Origin: Geminicoccaceae bacterium
GTDB lineage: Bacteria; Pseudomonadota; Alphaproteobacteria; Geminicoccales; Geminicoccaceae
Assembly: GCA_028279345.1 (NCBI GenBank)
Contig: JANQNY010000045.1
Coordinates: 3,569 to 67,568, forward strand
Length of the DNA: 64,000 nt
Reading direction: 5' to 3'
Shown: one piece after another, positions 33,577 to 44,232 of the stretch
Layout of the letters: every line of letters begins with the position of its first letter
How positions within the stretch are numbered: position 1 is the stretch's first letter
The notes under the pieces: model-generated
Told to the model about the DNA's origin: nothing
Database searches by the model: none
The model's input: only the letters and a program-made list of their open reading frames with translations
Made by a program: the position numbers and the translations under genes

Positions 33577-34188
33577 ATGTCGTCGCTCGTGCGCTCCTTC
33601 GCGTTGCTAGGTCTCTTTGTGCTCGCCGCCTGTGCCGCGGAGCCGCGCGTCCGGGCCAATATCGAGAGCTTCAGCACGCTGGGCGAGGGGCCCGTCAGTG
33701 GCACCGTCGTGGTGGTCCCCGCCGCGGACAAGGACGCAGGCTCGCTCGAGTTTCAGACCTATGCGGAGCGCGTCGATGCGGCTCTCGAGCGGCGCGGCTT
33801 TACGCCTGCCGTCGAGGGGGCGGCGTGGCGCATGACGCTCGATTACGGCATCGGTGATGGGCGCGAAGTCGTCGACAGCTACTCCGTCCCCGCCTTCGGC
33901 TATGGCTACCGCGACTACAGCTGGGGCACGCGCGCGAGGCGTGGCTATTACGGCGCCTATTCAGGCTACCGAACCGAGGTCTACTCGCGAACCGTCTACC
34001 GGCGCTATCTGGACCTGGCGCTCGCCGACGCCGCGACCGGCGTCGAGGTCTGGCAGGTGAAGGTCGTCAGCGACGGGCGGTGCCCACAGCTCGAGCCCGT
34101 GTTCGACGCGCTGCTCGCCGCTGCCTTCGACGGCTTTCCCGCGGCCCAATCCCGGGCGGTCGACGTGAAGTTCGAGGCGATCTGCTGA
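33577..34188 (+). CDS. DUF4136-like lipoprotein
   Basis: Lipobox LAAC after a hydrophobic leader, with Tyr/Gly/Arg-rich middle and end resembling DUF4136. I used the internal ATG at 33577. Confidence 0.6.
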   Translation: MSSLVRSFALLGLFVLAACAAEPRVRANIESFSTLGEGPVSGTVVVVPAADKDAGSLEFQTYAERVDAALERRGFTPAVEGAAWRMTLDYGIGDGREVVDSYSVPAFGYGYRDYSWGTRARRGYYGAYSGYRTEVYSRTVYRRYLDLALADAATGVEVWQVKVVSDGRCPQLEPVFDALLAAAFDGFPAAQSRAVDVKFEAIC

Positions 34189-34194
34189 GAGCCG

Positions 34195-34662
34195 TTAAGG
34201 GCTCTGCCGCAGGAACGCGCCCACAACCGCGAGCGCCTCGTCCCGCAAGAGCTGTGAGGTAGGCATGCGGCGCGCATCGATCGGCGTAGCGATCTCGTCG
34301 CGGACGAGCGCGGCTGGCACTGGCCCGAGCTGCTTCTTGGCCTCTGCTGCGAGGGCCGCATTGTCTTCAGCGGACGCGGCGTAGACGACCCGATCTAGCC
34401 GCGCGGCGTACACCGCTGCGGTACACATCGGGCATGGCTCCGAGGACGTGTAGAGCGTGCAGCCGGCAAGGTCCGGCTTGCCGAGGCGAAGGCACGCATC
34501 GCGGATTGCCTCGATCTCGCCGTGCGAGGTCGGATCGGGTTTGGCGTTGGCCTGGTTGACGCCTTCACCGACGATGACGCCGTCCTTGACGATCACCGCG
34601 CCGAACGGACGCAGGCCCGGCTCGCTTAGCGCGCGGCGGCTGAGCTCGATCGCGCGCGCCAT
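34195..34662 (-). CDS. CMP/dCMP-type zinc deaminase (guanine/nucleoside deaminase-like)
   Basis: HGEIEAI and PCPMCTAA zinc-binding motifs. I used the ATG at 34662; the ORF-track upstream extension overlaps asd. Confidence 0.85.
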   Translation of the reverse strand: MARAIELSRRALSEPGLRPFGAVIVKDGVIVGEGVNQANAKPDPTSHGEIEAIRDACLRLGKPDLAGCTLYTSSEPCPMCTAAVYAARLDRVVYAASAEDNAALAAEAKKQLGPVPAALVRDEIATPIDARRMPTSQLLRDEALAVVGAFLRQSP

Positions 34663-34682
34663 GAAGGCGGCTTCGTCCGCGC

Positions 34683-35699
34683 TCAGAGATAGCCCTCCTG
34701 GACGAGTGCCTCGGCGATCTGGACGGCGTTGAGAGCGGCACCCTTCCGCAGGTTGTCGGAGACGCACCAGAAGCTGAGCCCGTGCTCGACCGTCGGGTCG
34801 CTCCTGAGGCGCGAGACGAAGACGGCGAACTCGCCGACGCACTCGATCGGCGTGACGAACTCGTAGCTCTCGTGGTCGTCGAGCACGACGATGCCCTCGA
34901 ACTCCATCAAGGCGTCGCGCGCCTCGGCGAGGCTTATCGGGTCGTGGAACTCGACGTTGACGGCCTCCGCATGGCCGACGAACACCGGCACGCGCACGCA
35001 GGTCGGCGCCACCTGGATCGACGGATCGAGGATCTTCTGCGTCTCGACGACCATCTTCCACTCTTCTTTGTAGAAGCCGTCGGCGACAGGCACGTCGATC
35101 TGCGGGATGACGTTGAAGGGAATGGGCTTTTTGAAGATCTGCGGCTCCTGGCGATCGTTCATGTAGATCGCCTTGGTGTGCTCGAAGAGCTCATCCATCG
35201 CCTCGGTACCACCGCCCGACACCGACTGGTAGGTGGCGACAACCACCCGCTTGATGCGGGCCACGTCGTGCAAGGGCTTGAGCGCCATCACCATCTGGAT
35301 GGTCGAGCAGTTGGGGTTCGCGATGATCCCCCGCTCGCGATAGTGCCCAAGCGCCTCCGGGTTCACCTCCGGCACGACCAGCGGGACGTCCGGGTCCATG
35401 CGAAACTGCGAGGTGTTGTCGATGACGATACAGCCGTCGCGGGCGGCGATCGGCGCGTACTCCGCGGAGACGGAGGCGCCCGGCGAAAAGAGGCCGATGT
35501 CGACGCCGTCGAAGTCGAAACCTTCGAGCGACTGCACCTTAAGCGTGCCGCGCTCGCCATAGGATACCTCCTTGCCGGCCGAGCGGGCCGACGCGACGGC
35601 GATGACGTCGCTCGCGGGGAAGTCGCGCTCGTCGAGGATGTTGAGGATCTCGGCGCCGACAGCGCCGGTAGCGCCGACCACGGCGACACGGTAGGTCAT
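34683..35699 (-). CDS. asd: aspartate-semialdehyde dehydrogenase
   Basis: VAVVGATGAVG N-terminus and active-site NPNCSTI. Confidence 0.95.
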   Translation of the reverse strand: MTYRVAVVGATGAVGAEILNILDERDFPASDVIAVASARSAGKEVSYGERGTLKVQSLEGFDFDGVDIGLFSPGASVSAEYAPIAARDGCIVIDNTSQFRMDPDVPLVVPEVNPEALGHYRERGIIANPNCSTIQMVMALKPLHDVARIKRVVVATYQSVSGGGTEAMDELFEHTKAIYMNDRQEPQIFKKPIPFNVIPQIDVPVADGFYKEEWKMVVETQKILDPSIQVAPTCVRVPVFVGHAEAVNVEFHDPISLAEARDALMEFEGIVVLDDHESYEFVTPIECVGEFAVFVSRLRSDPTVEHGLSFWCVSDNLRKGAALNAVQIAEALVQEGYL

Positions 35700-35731
35700 G
35701 ACGGTTGCCTCGCAACAGGTGCAGGGGCGCC

Positions 35732-36832
35732 CTACTGGGCGGCGGCAAGCTCCACGGTAATGGCCTCACCCATCTCGCTCGTCGACACTTCCGTGCAGTC
35801 CGGGGCCATCAGGTCGCGCGTTCGCTTACCGGCACTCAGCACACGCTCGATGGCGCCTTCCAACAGCGCCGCCTCCGCCGGTTCGTCGAACGAGTAGCGA
35901 AGCATCATGGCGAGCGACAGCAGCATCGCCAACGGATTGGCGTGACCACGGCCGGCGATGTCGGGCGCCGAGCCGTGCACCGGCTCATAGAGTGCCTTGC
36001 GCCCGCCATAGGCATCGGATTCCCCCAGCGAAGCCGACGGGAGCATGCCGAGCGAGCCCGTGAGCATCGCCGCGCAGTCCGACAGCAGGTCGCCGAAGAG
36101 ATTGTCGGTGACGATCACGTCGAACTGCTTGGGCTGGCGGACGAGCTGCATGGCGCAGTTGTCCGCGTACATGTGGCTCAGCTCGACGTCGGGATAATCC
36201 TCAGCGAGTAGGTTCATCTCCTCGCGCCAGAGGACGCCCGATTCCATGACGTTGGCCTTCTCGACCGAGCACAGCTTCTTGCCGCGCTTCTGCGCGAGCT
36301 CGAAGGCCACCCGGCCGATCCGCACGATCTCGTGGGTGTCGTAGACCTGCGTGTTGATGCCACGGCGTTGACCGTTGCCGAGCTCGCTGATGCCTCGCGG
36401 CTCGCCGAAATAGACCCCGCCCGTGAGCTCCCGCACGATCATGATGTCGAGGCCCGTGACCAGGTTCGGCTTCAAGGAAGATGCATCGACGAGCGCATCG
36501 AACACCAGGGCAGGGCGCAGATTGGCGAACAGCCCCAGCTCCTTGCGCAAGCGCAAGAGGCCGCGCTCCGGCTTCTGCTCGAACGGCAGGTCATCCCATC
36601 TGGGGCCGCCGCACGCGCCGAGGAGCACGGCATCGGCAGCCTTCGCCTTCGTAACGACTGCGTCGGTCACCGGCACGCCGTGGACGTCGATCGAAGCGCC
36701 GCCGACGAAGTCCTCGTCGATGTCGAACTCGAGGCCGCGCGTCCGCGCGTACCAGTCGAGCACGCGGCGGACTTCGTTCATGACCTCGGGGCCGATGCCG
36801 TCGCCCGGCAAGAGGAGGATCGAGGGCGCCAT
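35732..36832 (-). CDS. leuB: 3-isopropylmalate dehydrogenase
   Basis: [14 protein letters not shown]-terminus and NLFGDLLSD motif; 366 aa from the ATG at 36832. Confidence 0.95.
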   Translation of the reverse strand: MAPSILLLPGDGIGPEVMNEVRRVLDWYARTRGLEFDIDEDFVGGASIDVHGVPVTDAVVTKAKAADAVLLGACGGPRWDDLPFEQKPERGLLRLRKELGLFANLRPALVFDALVDASSLKPNLVTGLDIMIVRELTGGVYFGEPRGISELGNGQRRGINTQVYDTHEIVRIGRVAFELAQKRGKKLCSVEKANVMESGVLWREEMNLLAEDYPDVELSHMYADNCAMQLVRQPKQFDVIVTDNLFGDLLSDCAAMLTGSLGMLPSASLGESDAYGGRKALYEPVHGSAPDIAGRGHANPLAMLLSLAMMLRYSFDEPAEAALLEGAIERVLSAGKRTRDLMAPDCTEVSTSEMGEAITVELAAAQ

Positions 36833-36994
36833 CAGGCAACTCCACCAAACCGTTGTGGTTGCCCGGATAGCGCGCCGTGCTGCCGTGGTCCAGCGCGTCA
36901 CGGCCGGGCCGGCCTTACCAAGACGGCTTGTCAGCTCGGTCGTCGGCTGGCACCCACGGCGCCGTTCGTTGCCCGCTTTCGGAGGACCCGATCG

Positions 36995-37306
36995 ATGCGC
37001 GACTTCTCTAGGCTCCTGTGCTTGGCCGTGCCGCTCTTGGCCCTGAGCTTGCTGCTCGCCGCTCCGACGCCGGGGCGTGCCCAAGACGGGCTCGCGCTGC
37101 AGACCGCGACGGCGGAGGAAGGCTTCGCGCTTGCCGTCGAGCTTGCGCGGCGGAGCGTGACCACGACCCAGCCGGACAGGGACGTGCTGTTCGAGCTGCG
37201 CGAAGCGTATGCGCGCGATCCCGCCCTACTGATCCAGGCGTCGAGCGTCATTGCCGACTATTTCGCCATCGTCGCCGCCGCCAACGATCACTGGCGCGGC
37301 GACTAG
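36995..37306 (+). CDS. hypothetical small secreted protein
   Basis: An ATG preceded by GGAGGA, with a signal peptide ([24 protein letters not shown]). I recognise no family. Confidence 0.5.
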   Translation: MRDFSRLLCLAVPLLALSLLLAAPTPGRAQDGLALQTATAEEGFALAVELARRSVTTTQPDRDVLFELREAYARDPALLIQASSVIADYFAIVAAANDHWRGD

Positions 37307-37908
37307 CGCCGTCCGGTCAGTAGGTCGACGAGCAGCGGCAGGCGATCCTGGCCCCAGAACAGCTCGTCCGCGACGAGGAAGGTTGGGACGCCGAACACGC
37401 CTAAGGCGACGGCCTCGGCGATCCGCTGTTCATGTGCGGCTTCGCAGCGGCCGGAGGCCAGGGTGTGGCTGAATGCGACCTCATCGAACCCAACGTGCGC
37501 CGCTTGGGCGACCACGTCCTCGACGGACGCGAGCGGCTGGCCCTCGCCGAAGCAGAGCTGCCAGAGGCGGCGCGCCAAGGGCTCGACATCGCCGAGCAGC
37601 TCCGCCGCGATGCACGCCATCGCGAGCCGCTTCCAGGCGTCGTCGGCCAAGCCGGGGTCGTTGAACGGGATGCCATAGTGGCGCGCCCATAGGCCGACAT
37701 CGCGCGCCCGGTATGCCGGATCATATTGGCCACGAAGAGCGGTGTCCGTGAAGGGATTGGGCCCGGCGCGCGCGATCAGCTCGGGGCTGTAGACCGGTTT
37801 CCAGATGAACTGCGCGCCGGTGATTTCGGTGACGCGGTCGAGCTGGCTGGAGGCGAGGTAGGAGTAGCGGCTGCCGATACCGAAGTAGAAGTCTACGGCC
37901 GTCGCCAT
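37303..37908 (-). CDS. 2-hydroxychromene-2-carboxylate isomerase / DsbA-like thioredoxin-fold protein
   Basis: VDFYFGIGSRYSYLA N-terminus and a GVFGVPTF...LFWGQDRL C-terminus, typical of the HCCA isomerase family. Confidence 0.8.
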   Translation of the reverse strand: MATAVDFYFGIGSRYSYLASSQLDRVTEITGAQFIWKPVYSPELIARAGPNPFTDTALRGQYDPAYRARDVGLWARHYGIPFNDPGLADDAWKRLAMACIAAELLGDVEPLARRLWQLCFGEGQPLASVEDVVAQAAHVGFDEVAFSHTLASGRCEAAHEQRIAEAVALGVFGVPTFLVADELFWGQDRLPLLVDLLTGRR

Positions 37909-37932
37909 GCCGGTTAACGCCTCTGTCGACCC

Positions 37933-37980
37933 GCTACCCCGCCGGGCGCAGCCAGCGCTGACTGATGTGGTGCGGGCTCT
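37933..37980 (-). pseudogene. ~48-nt remnant copy of the leuD 3' end, including the stop codon
   Basis: It aligns to 39243-39290 at roughly 85% identity by eye. It reads ESPHHISQRWLRPAG* versus the leuD end [15 protein letters not shown]. Confidence 0.7.
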
Positions 37981-38130
37981 CGGAGGTTGTGCAAGGTCAC
38001 CCGCTGCCTCCCGCCATGTCGGGTGCGCTCTTGTCCAGACTACCAACGCTCGCGAGGAGACAGCTCACCATAACCACGACCGATGCACGACGGACGACAA
38101 TCGGTCCGGCGGTACGGGCTCGACAGCACT

Positions 38131-39159
38131 TCACTGCGGCGGCTTTGCGAAGATCGTCTTCCAGTCGTTCTTCATGCTGATCACGACCCAGCCCTTTTGC
38201 TTCGCCTCGTCCACGAGCGCTTGCGAGAACGCGCCGACCTTCGTGTCTGGCAGGCCGTCGGCGGGGCCGTAGGCGTACGCGCGCTCTGCGTCGTCGTGGA
38301 GCACCAGCATCTTTAGCCGCACACCGTCGCCGGCCCCGGTCCACTCCAGCATCTCCCGATCACCGTCCGAATTGCCGAACGCGGCGTAGGGCCGCTTGCC
38401 GATGAACAGGTTGATGCCGATCGCCTTGCCGTCGTGATTGACGGTGAAGAACTCCTCGGGTTCGCGCATCAGCACGGGTTCGCCGTGTCGGTACTCGTAT
38501 TCGGTGACCATGCTCGAGCCCACGACCTGTTCGACCGGGACGCCATAGATGCGCTCGCTGAAGGCGCGCACGAACGCCTGGCCGCCGCCGGTGACGATGT
38601 AGGTCCGAAAACCGCTTGCGCGTAGGTACGCCATGACCTCGCGCATCGGCTGGTAGGCGAGCTCGGTGTAAAGCCGGTCGAAGCGCGGGTGCTTGGCCGT
38701 CGCGAGCCACGCTCGAGCGATCTCCAAGAACGCTTCGGTGCTCATCCCGCCGTGGGTGGCGGCGATGATCTGTGCCCAGTCCCCCTTCGTGAAGTCGGCC
38801 ATGTCCTTATGGTCGGCGGCCAGCACCGTCTTGAACGGCTCTTGGTCCCGCCATTCCGGATGCTGAGGCGCCAGCGTCGCTACGCGGTCGAGCGCGAACA
38901 CCAACTCCACGTACAGCGGATGGGACACCCAAAGCGTGCCGTCGTTGTCGAAGGTGGCGATGCGGTCGGCGGGTGCCACATAATCGGCGCCGCCTTCGTT
39001 GGTCACCGTTTCGACGAACTGCAAGATCGCTTGCCTCGCGGCCCCCTCGTTCCATGAAGGCAGCGGGTCGCCGGACTGTGCAGCGGCCCCAATCGCCCAG
39101 CCTAGGACCGCGGTGGCGAAAACGACTGCGCCGGCTCGCTGCACTAGTTGCGACATCAA
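38131..39159 (-). CDS. secreted HAD-superfamily hydrolase
   Basis: Signal peptide, HAD motif I FDNDGTLW and motif IV FGNSDGD. Confidence 0.8.
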   Translation of the reverse strand: MMSQLVQRAGAVVFATAVLGWAIGAAAQSGDPLPSWNEGAARQAILQFVETVTNEGGADYVAPADRIATFDNDGTLWVSHPLYVELVFALDRVATLAPQHPEWRDQEPFKTVLAADHKDMADFTKGDWAQIIAATHGGMSTEAFLEIARAWLATAKHPRFDRLYTELAYQPMREVMAYLRASGFRTYIVTGGGQAFVRAFSERIYGVPVEQVVGSSMVTEYEYRHGEPVLMREPEEFFTVNHDGKAIGINLFIGKRPYAAFGNSDGDREMLEWTGAGDGVRLKMLVLHDDAERAYAYGPADGLPDTKVGAFSQALVDEAKQKGWVVISMKNDWKTIFAKPPQ

Positions 39160-39243
39160 GGCGGCATTCTTCCCCGAAGCGGTGCTCCTGGTAACAGTGG
39201 GCGCCTCATCACAGACGCCCGCCTGTCCTCTGGTCGTTTCCAG

Positions 39244-39864
39244 CTACCCCGCCGGGTGCAGCCAGGGCTGGCTCAGGCGGTGCTTGCTCTCGAAGCTGTC
39301 GATCTGCTGTGCCTTGACCATGGTGAGGCCGACATGGTCGAGTCCTTCGAGGAGCCGGCCGCGGCCATGATCGTCGATCTCGAACGCGAGCTCGCGGTTG
39401 CCCATCGGCCGGACGATCACTTTGCGGTGCAGATCGACCGTGAAGGTGGGGTCGGGCGCCTCGTGCGCCTCCCGCTTGAGCGCGTCGACCTCCTCCTGCG
39501 GCAGGATCACGGGCAGGATGCCGTTGTTGAAGCAGTTGTTGTGGAAGATGTCCGCGAAGGACGGCGCGATCACGCAGCGGATACCGTAGTCGAGAAGCGC
39601 CCAGGGCGCATGCTCGCGTGAGCTGCCGCAGCCGAAATTGGCGCCGGTGATGAGGATGGACGCCTCGCGGAAGCGCGGATGATTGAGGACGAAGTCGGGG
39701 TTCTCGCCGCCGTGGTGATGATAGCGCCACTCCTCGAACAGCGCCTTGCCGAGGCCGGTGCGCTTGATGGTCTTCAAGTGCTGCTTGGGGATGATGGCGT
39801 CCGTGTCGACATTCACCGCGTCGAGCGGAGCGGCGATGCCGGTGTGGATCGTGAAGGGTTGCAT
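39244..39864 (-). CDS. leuD: 3-isopropylmalate dehydratase small subunit
   Basis: [17 protein letters not shown] motif; 206 aa. Confidence 0.95.
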   Translation of the reverse strand: MQPFTIHTGIAAPLDAVNVDTDAIIPKQHLKTIKRTGLGKALFEEWRYHHHGGENPDFVLNHPRFREASILITGANFGCGSSREHAPWALLDYGIRCVIAPSFADIFHNNCFNNGILPVILPQEEVDALKREAHEAPDPTFTVDLHRKVIVRPMGNRELAFEIDDHGRGRLLEGLDHVGLTMVKAQQIDSFESKHRLSQPWLHPAG

Positions 39865-40010
39865 GGTTCCGTCCAGGCTGGCGGCTTCGAGGCGTGGTTC
39901 TGACGCCTAGGCGCCGCCTAGGCAAGCGGCTCGCGCGCGACACGGCACATCAGCCGTAGGCACGCAGCCGGCGCGTTGGGCATTCGGCGCCCTAGGCCCG
40001 AGAAAGAGGC

Positions 40011-40214
40011 TTAGGCCGGAAGCGGAAGTGCGTGGGCGGGCGCTGATCGCGCCTCGGTGTCGATTTCTCGGTCTCCGGGGCCGGCGGCATGCGTGCTCGC
40101 GTTCCGACGCTCCAGCTCTTGCAGCAGGGCGAGGAGGGCCTCCATGGCGGCGGCGTCCGTGACGCAAAGCAGCCGCACCGCGCCGGGCTCGTAGACGGCA
40201 ATCCGCGCGTGCAT
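40011..40214 (-). CDS. hypothetical 67-aa protein in the leuC-leuD spacer
   Basis: An ATG preceded by GGAGAGG (3-6 nt spacer). The product is MHARIAVYEPGAVRLLCVTDAAAMEALLALLQELERRN... I recognise no family. Confidence 0.4.
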   Translation of the reverse strand: MHARIAVYEPGAVRLLCVTDAAAMEALLALLQELERRNASTHAAGPGDREIDTEARSAPAHALPLPA

Positions 40215-40416
40215 GCACCTCTCCTCGCTGTTGGCGGTCCTGCACCGTGTGCAGAAACCCTATCAAGCGTGAGTGCCGGCGCGCGCCCATTTCCGTTCAT
40301 GGCATTTCGTCGCGACGTCGATCGCGATCGGGCGGTGCGTGGAGCAATCGCGACGGCGCGCCAGGTGCGGCACAACAGCGTCGCTGGCGACCGCACGTTG
40401 GGCGGCGACGCACGCC

Positions 40417-41826
40417 CTAGACGAGCGTCCGGACGTCCGTCAGCTTGCCGGTGACGGCTGCCGCGGCGGCCATGGCGGGGCTCAGGAGGTGGGTGCGGCC
40501 GCCCCGGCCCTGGCGGCCCTCGAAGTTTCGGTTCGAGGTCGAGGCACAGCGCTCGCCCGGCTGCAGAATGTCCGGGTTCATGCCGAGGCACATGGAGCAC
40601 CCGGCCTCACGCCATTCGAAACCAGCGTTCAAGAAGACCTGGTCGAGGCCTTCCTCCTCGGCCTGGTGCTTCACGAGGCCCGAGCCCGGCACGACCATCG
40701 CGCGGACGTTGCTCGCGACCTTGTTCCCGGCGATGACCTTGGCGGCCGCCCTAAGGTCCTCGATGCGGCCGTTGGTGCACGAGCCCAAGAACACCCGGTC
40801 GACCTGAATGTCGCGCATCGGCGTGTTGGGCTCGAGCGCCATGTACGCCAGGGCCTTCTCCATCGCCCGGCGCTGCTCCTCGCTCTCCGCGGCCTTGGGG
40901 TCGGGCACGCGACCCGAGATCGGCACCACGTCCTGGGGGCTCGTGCCCCACGTCACCTGCGGCTCGATGTCCGCGGCCTTGAGGGTCACCTCGATGTCGT
41001 AGCGCGCACCCGGGTCTGACGGCAGCGTTCGCCAGTGGGCAACCGCCTGCTCGTAGGCGCCGGCCTTCGGCGCCTTCGGGCGGCCTTGGATATAGCGGAA
41101 GGTGGTCTCGTCCGGCGCGATCAGCCCGGCCCGGGCTCCCGCCTCGATCGACATGTTGCAGATCGTCATGCGCCCCTCCATCGAGAGGGCACGGATCACG
41201 TCGCCGGCATATTCGATGACATGGCCGGTGCCGCCAGCCGTGCCGATCTCGCCGATGATGGCGAGGATCACGTCCTTGGCGGTGACACCGAAGCCGAGCT
41301 CGCCGTCGACCGCGATGCGCATGTTCTTCGGTCGCCGCTGTACCAGCGTCTGGGTCGCCAGAACGTGCTCGACCTCCGAGGTGCCGATACCGAAAGCCAG
41401 CGCGCCGAACGCACCGTGGGTCGAGGTGTGGCTGTCGCCGCAGACGATCGTCGTCCCCGGCAGCGTGAAGCCCTGCTCGGGGCCGACGATGTGCACGATG
41501 CCCTGGCGGACGTCGTTGACATGGTAGAGCTCGATGCCGAACTCCTCCGCGTTCTGCAGCATCGCCTCGATCTGCACGCGCGAGGTCTCGTCCTTGATGC
41601 CGTGGACCCGGTCCGGGTCGGTGGGCACGTTGTGGTCGACAACGGCGAGGGTGGCGTCGGGCCGGCGCACCGCGCGGCCGGCGGTCCTGAGGCCTTCGAA
41701 CGCCTGGGGGCTCGTCACCTCGTGGACGAGATGCCGATCGACATAGAGGAGGCACGTGCCGTCGTCGTGCTCCTCGACGAGGTGGCTCTCCCAAATCTTG
41801 TCGAAGAGGGTCTTAGGCGCCGCCAT
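40417..41826 (-). CDS. leuC: 3-isopropylmalate dehydratase large subunit
   Basis: [13 protein letters not shown]...[18 protein letters not shown] and aconitase-family Cys motifs ([22 protein letters not shown]). I used the ATG at 41826. Confidence 0.96.
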   Translation of the reverse strand: MAAPKTLFDKIWESHLVEEHDDGTCLLYVDRHLVHEVTSPQAFEGLRTAGRAVRRPDATLAVVDHNVPTDPDRVHGIKDETSRVQIEAMLQNAEEFGIELYHVNDVRQGIVHIVGPEQGFTLPGTTIVCGDSHTSTHGAFGALAFGIGTSEVEHVLATQTLVQRRPKNMRIAVDGELGFGVTAKDVILAIIGEIGTAGGTGHVIEYAGDVIRALSMEGRMTICNMSIEAGARAGLIAPDETTFRYIQGRPKAPKAGAYEQAVAHWRTLPSDPGARYDIEVTLKAADIEPQVTWGTSPQDVVPISGRVPDPKAAESEEQRRAMEKALAYMALEPNTPMRDIQVDRVFLGSCTNGRIEDLRAAAKVIAGNKVASNVRAMVVPGSGLVKHQAEEEGLDQVFLNAGFEWREAGCSMCLGMNPDILQPGERCASTSNRNFEGRQGRGGRTHLLSPAMAAAAAVTGKLTDVRTLV

Positions 41827-41873
41827 CCTGTCCTTCCCGCTCTTTGGGCCCGCCCGCGGCTGCCCCGTTTGGC

Positions 41874-42278
41874 CTACTCGGCCGCCGGCTGCGGCGCCGC
41901 TGTGGCCTTGGGCGCGCGCTGCTCGACGCGTTCGGCGATGCGCGCCGACTTGCCGCGGCGGCCGCGCAGATAATAAAGCTTTGCCCGCCGCACCCGGCCG
42001 CGACGCACCACCTGAATGGAATCGATGCGTGGGCTGTACAGCGGGAAGACGCGTTCGACGCCCTCGCCATAGCTGATCTTGCGGACGGTAAAGGCCGAGT
42101 TGATGCCGCGATTGCGCCGCGCGATGCACACGCCCTCGAAGGCCTGCACGCGCTCGCGCGTGCCTTCGATGACCTTCACATTGACCCGCAGGGTGTCCCC
42201 GGGCGCGAAGGTCGGAACCGCGCGCTCGGCGGCGAGCCGGTCGATCTGCTCGCGCTCGAGCTGCTCAATAACATTCAT
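41874..42278 (-). CDS. rplS: 50S ribosomal protein L19
   Basis: [37 protein letters not shown]... Confidence 0.96.
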   Translation of the reverse strand: MNVIEQLEREQIDRLAAERAVPTFAPGDTLRVNVKVIEGTRERVQAFEGVCIARRNRGINSAFTVRKISYGEGVERVFPLYSPRIDSIQVVRRGRVRRAKLYYLRGRRGKSARIAERVEQRAPKATAAPQPAAE

Positions 42279-42333
42279 CGTACCGCATCCTTCCGCCGGG
42301 GCGCATCGCTGTTGCGCGCCGATGATCCAAAGC

Positions 42334-43035
42334 TCACTGCGCCTCGCTCGACGCCTCGAGCTTGGCCCAGAGGTCCGGGCGTCGCTCGCGGGTCAACCGC
42401 TGCGCTTCCGCCAGCCGCCACGCGCGAATGCGTTCGTGGTGGCCGGACAACAACACGTCGGGAACCGTCAGACCCTCGAACACCCGCGGTCGTGTGTAGT
42501 GCGGATATTCGAGCAGCCCCGCCGCAAAGCTCTCCTCGGCGAGACTAGCCTCCGATCCGACGACACCGGGCAACAGGCGAACGCACGCGTCCAGGAGGCA
42601 AAACACCGCGGGCTCGCCGCCTGAGAGGACGAAATCACCGATGCTCACCTCCTCGAGGTCTCGAGCGTCGATGAGCCGCTGATCGATGCCCTCGAAGCGG
42701 CCGCACACCATAACGATTCCGGACCCCGCGGCAAGCGCCTGCACGCGCCTCTGATCGAGCGGCCGACCGCGTGGGCTCAAGACGATTCGCGGCCGATCGT
42801 CGGGCGCCACGGCATCGAGTGCAGCGGCCAGCACATCGGCGCGCATCACCATGCCGGCACCGCCGCCGAACGGCGTATCGTCGACGCTTTCGTGCCGATC
42901 CGAGGTGAAGCGGCGCAGGCCCAAGGTCTCGAGGGACCATACGCCCGTTTCGCGCCCGCGGCCGACGAGCGAGTGGCCGAGCGGGCCCGGAAACATCTCG
43001 GGAAACAGGGTCAGCACGGAGGCTCGCCACGTCAT
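42334..43035 (-). CDS. trmD: tRNA (guanine37-N1)-methyltransferase
   Basis: [37 protein letters not shown] and EYPHYTRP motifs. Confidence 0.95.
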   Translation of the reverse strand: MTWRASVLTLFPEMFPGPLGHSLVGRGRETGVWSLETLGLRRFTSDRHESVDDTPFGGGAGMVMRADVLAAALDAVAPDDRPRIVLSPRGRPLDQRRVQALAAGSGIVMVCGRFEGIDQRLIDARDLEEVSIGDFVLSGGEPAVFCLLDACVRLLPGVVGSEASLAEESFAAGLLEYPHYTRPRVFEGLTVPDVLLSGHHERIRAWRLAEAQRLTRERRPDLWAKLEASSEAQ

Positions 43036-43556
43036 GCCGGCGTGCCCCCTTCGAGAAAGGCCGGTTCCGCCATCACCAGGTGCCCCGCGCGGGGATCGAC
43101 CTCGGGGAACTGGTCGCGGGAGAAGGGTAGGACGAGATCCTTGCCGTCCTCGGTGATGATCTCGACGACGTCGCCGGCGCCATGGTCGGTCACGGCGCGC
43201 ACCTGGCCCACGACATTGCCGGCCTGATCGACGACGGCGAGCCCCTTCAGATCCTCGACATACCACTCGTCGTCGTCGGGATCGGGCAGTCGGTCGCGGT
43301 CGACCCAGAGCTCGGTCCCGCGGAGCGCTTCGGCCTGGGTGCGATCGTCGACACCCTTGATGCGCGCCACCGAGCTGCCGCGCGCCGAACGCACGCGAAC
43401 GATCTCGAAGCGGCGGTCGCCGCGCGCGTTCTCGAGCGGACCGTAGGCTGCAATCGCTTCGGGGTCGGTCGTGAAGGTGCGCAGGCGAACCTCACCGCCC
43501 ACGCCGTGGGCAGCGGTCACCACGCCGAGACAGACCCGACGGACCCGCTTCATCAC
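43032..43556 (-). CDS. rimM: 16S rRNA processing protein RimM
   Basis: GVGGEVRL..., PRC-barrel C-terminus, and its position between rpsP and trmD. Confidence 0.9.
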   Translation of the reverse strand: MMKRVRRVCLGVVTAAHGVGGEVRLRTFTTDPEAIAAYGPLENARGDRRFEIVRVRSARGSSVARIKGVDDRTQAEALRGTELWVDRDRLPDPDDDEWYVEDLKGLAVVDQAGNVVGQVRAVTDHGAGDVVEIITEDGKDLVLPFSRDQFPEVDPRAGHLVMAEPAFLEGGTPA

Positions 43557-43562
43557 ATCAGG

Positions 43563-44204
43563 TCAGGCCGACTTCTCGGCCTTGTCGTCCGCTGGCGCAT
43601 CCGCAGACGCCTTCTCCTCTGCCGGAGCGTCCTCGGCTGGAGCCTCGTCCGCTGCGGTCTCGTCGGCAGGCGTCTCTGCCGCAGGTGTCTCTGCGGCAGA
43701 CGGCTCCTCGGCGGGCGCTTCTGCGGCGGCGTCCTCGGCAGGGGCCTCTGAAGCCGCCTCCTCAACGGGCGCCTCCGGCGCATCGGCGGTGGCGGGCGGG
43801 GCTTCCGCGGGTGCTTCGGCAGGCGTTGCCGCCGCTTCGGCCGCCGCCGGCGTTGCCGCAGCCGCCGCCTCGGCCTTCTTCACCGCCTGCTCTTCGGCGC
43901 GCTTGCCGGTGCCGCGATGATAGGTCGGCACGCCCTTGGCGTTCTTGGGCGCGTTCTTGAGCCCCTTCGCGTCGAGGAAGCGCGCCACGCGATCGGAGCA
44001 CTGCGCGCCGTGGGAGAGCCAGTGCTGCACGCGCGCCTCGTCGAGCACTAGGCGCTCGTCGTTGTCCTTGGCGAGCAGCGGGTTGTAGGTGCCGATCTTC
44101 TCGATGAACCGTCCGTCACGGCGGGCCCGGCTGTCGGCGACGACGACCCGGTAGAACGGGCGCTTCTTGGTTCCGCCGCGAGCGAGGCGGATGGTCACGG
44201 CCAT
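43563..44204 (-). CDS. rpsP: 30S ribosomal protein S16 with a ~100-aa Ala/Glu/Pro-rich acidic C-terminal extension
   Basis: [42 protein letters not shown] core, followed by a low-complexity AEAPAE-type tail. Confidence 0.93.
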   Translation of the reverse strand: MAVTIRLARGGTKKRPFYRVVVADSRARRDGRFIEKIGTYNPLLAKDNDERLVLDEARVQHWLSHGAQCSDRVARFLDAKGLKNAPKNAKGVPTYHRGTGKRAEEQAVKKAEAAAAATPAAAEAAATPAEAPAEAPPATADAPEAPVEEAASEAPAEDAAAEAPAEEPSAAETPAAETPADETAADEAPAEDAPAEEKASADAPADDKAEKSA

Positions 44205-44232
44205 GGGCTTGGCTTTCTATGGGTAGGTTGGG

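Noticed and set aside
43563-43900. Repetitive DNA that might be a tandem repeat or a CRISPR-like array.
   Set aside because: The repeats are short, imperfect, in-frame and translate to the low-complexity S16 tail. There is no repeat-spacer periodicity.
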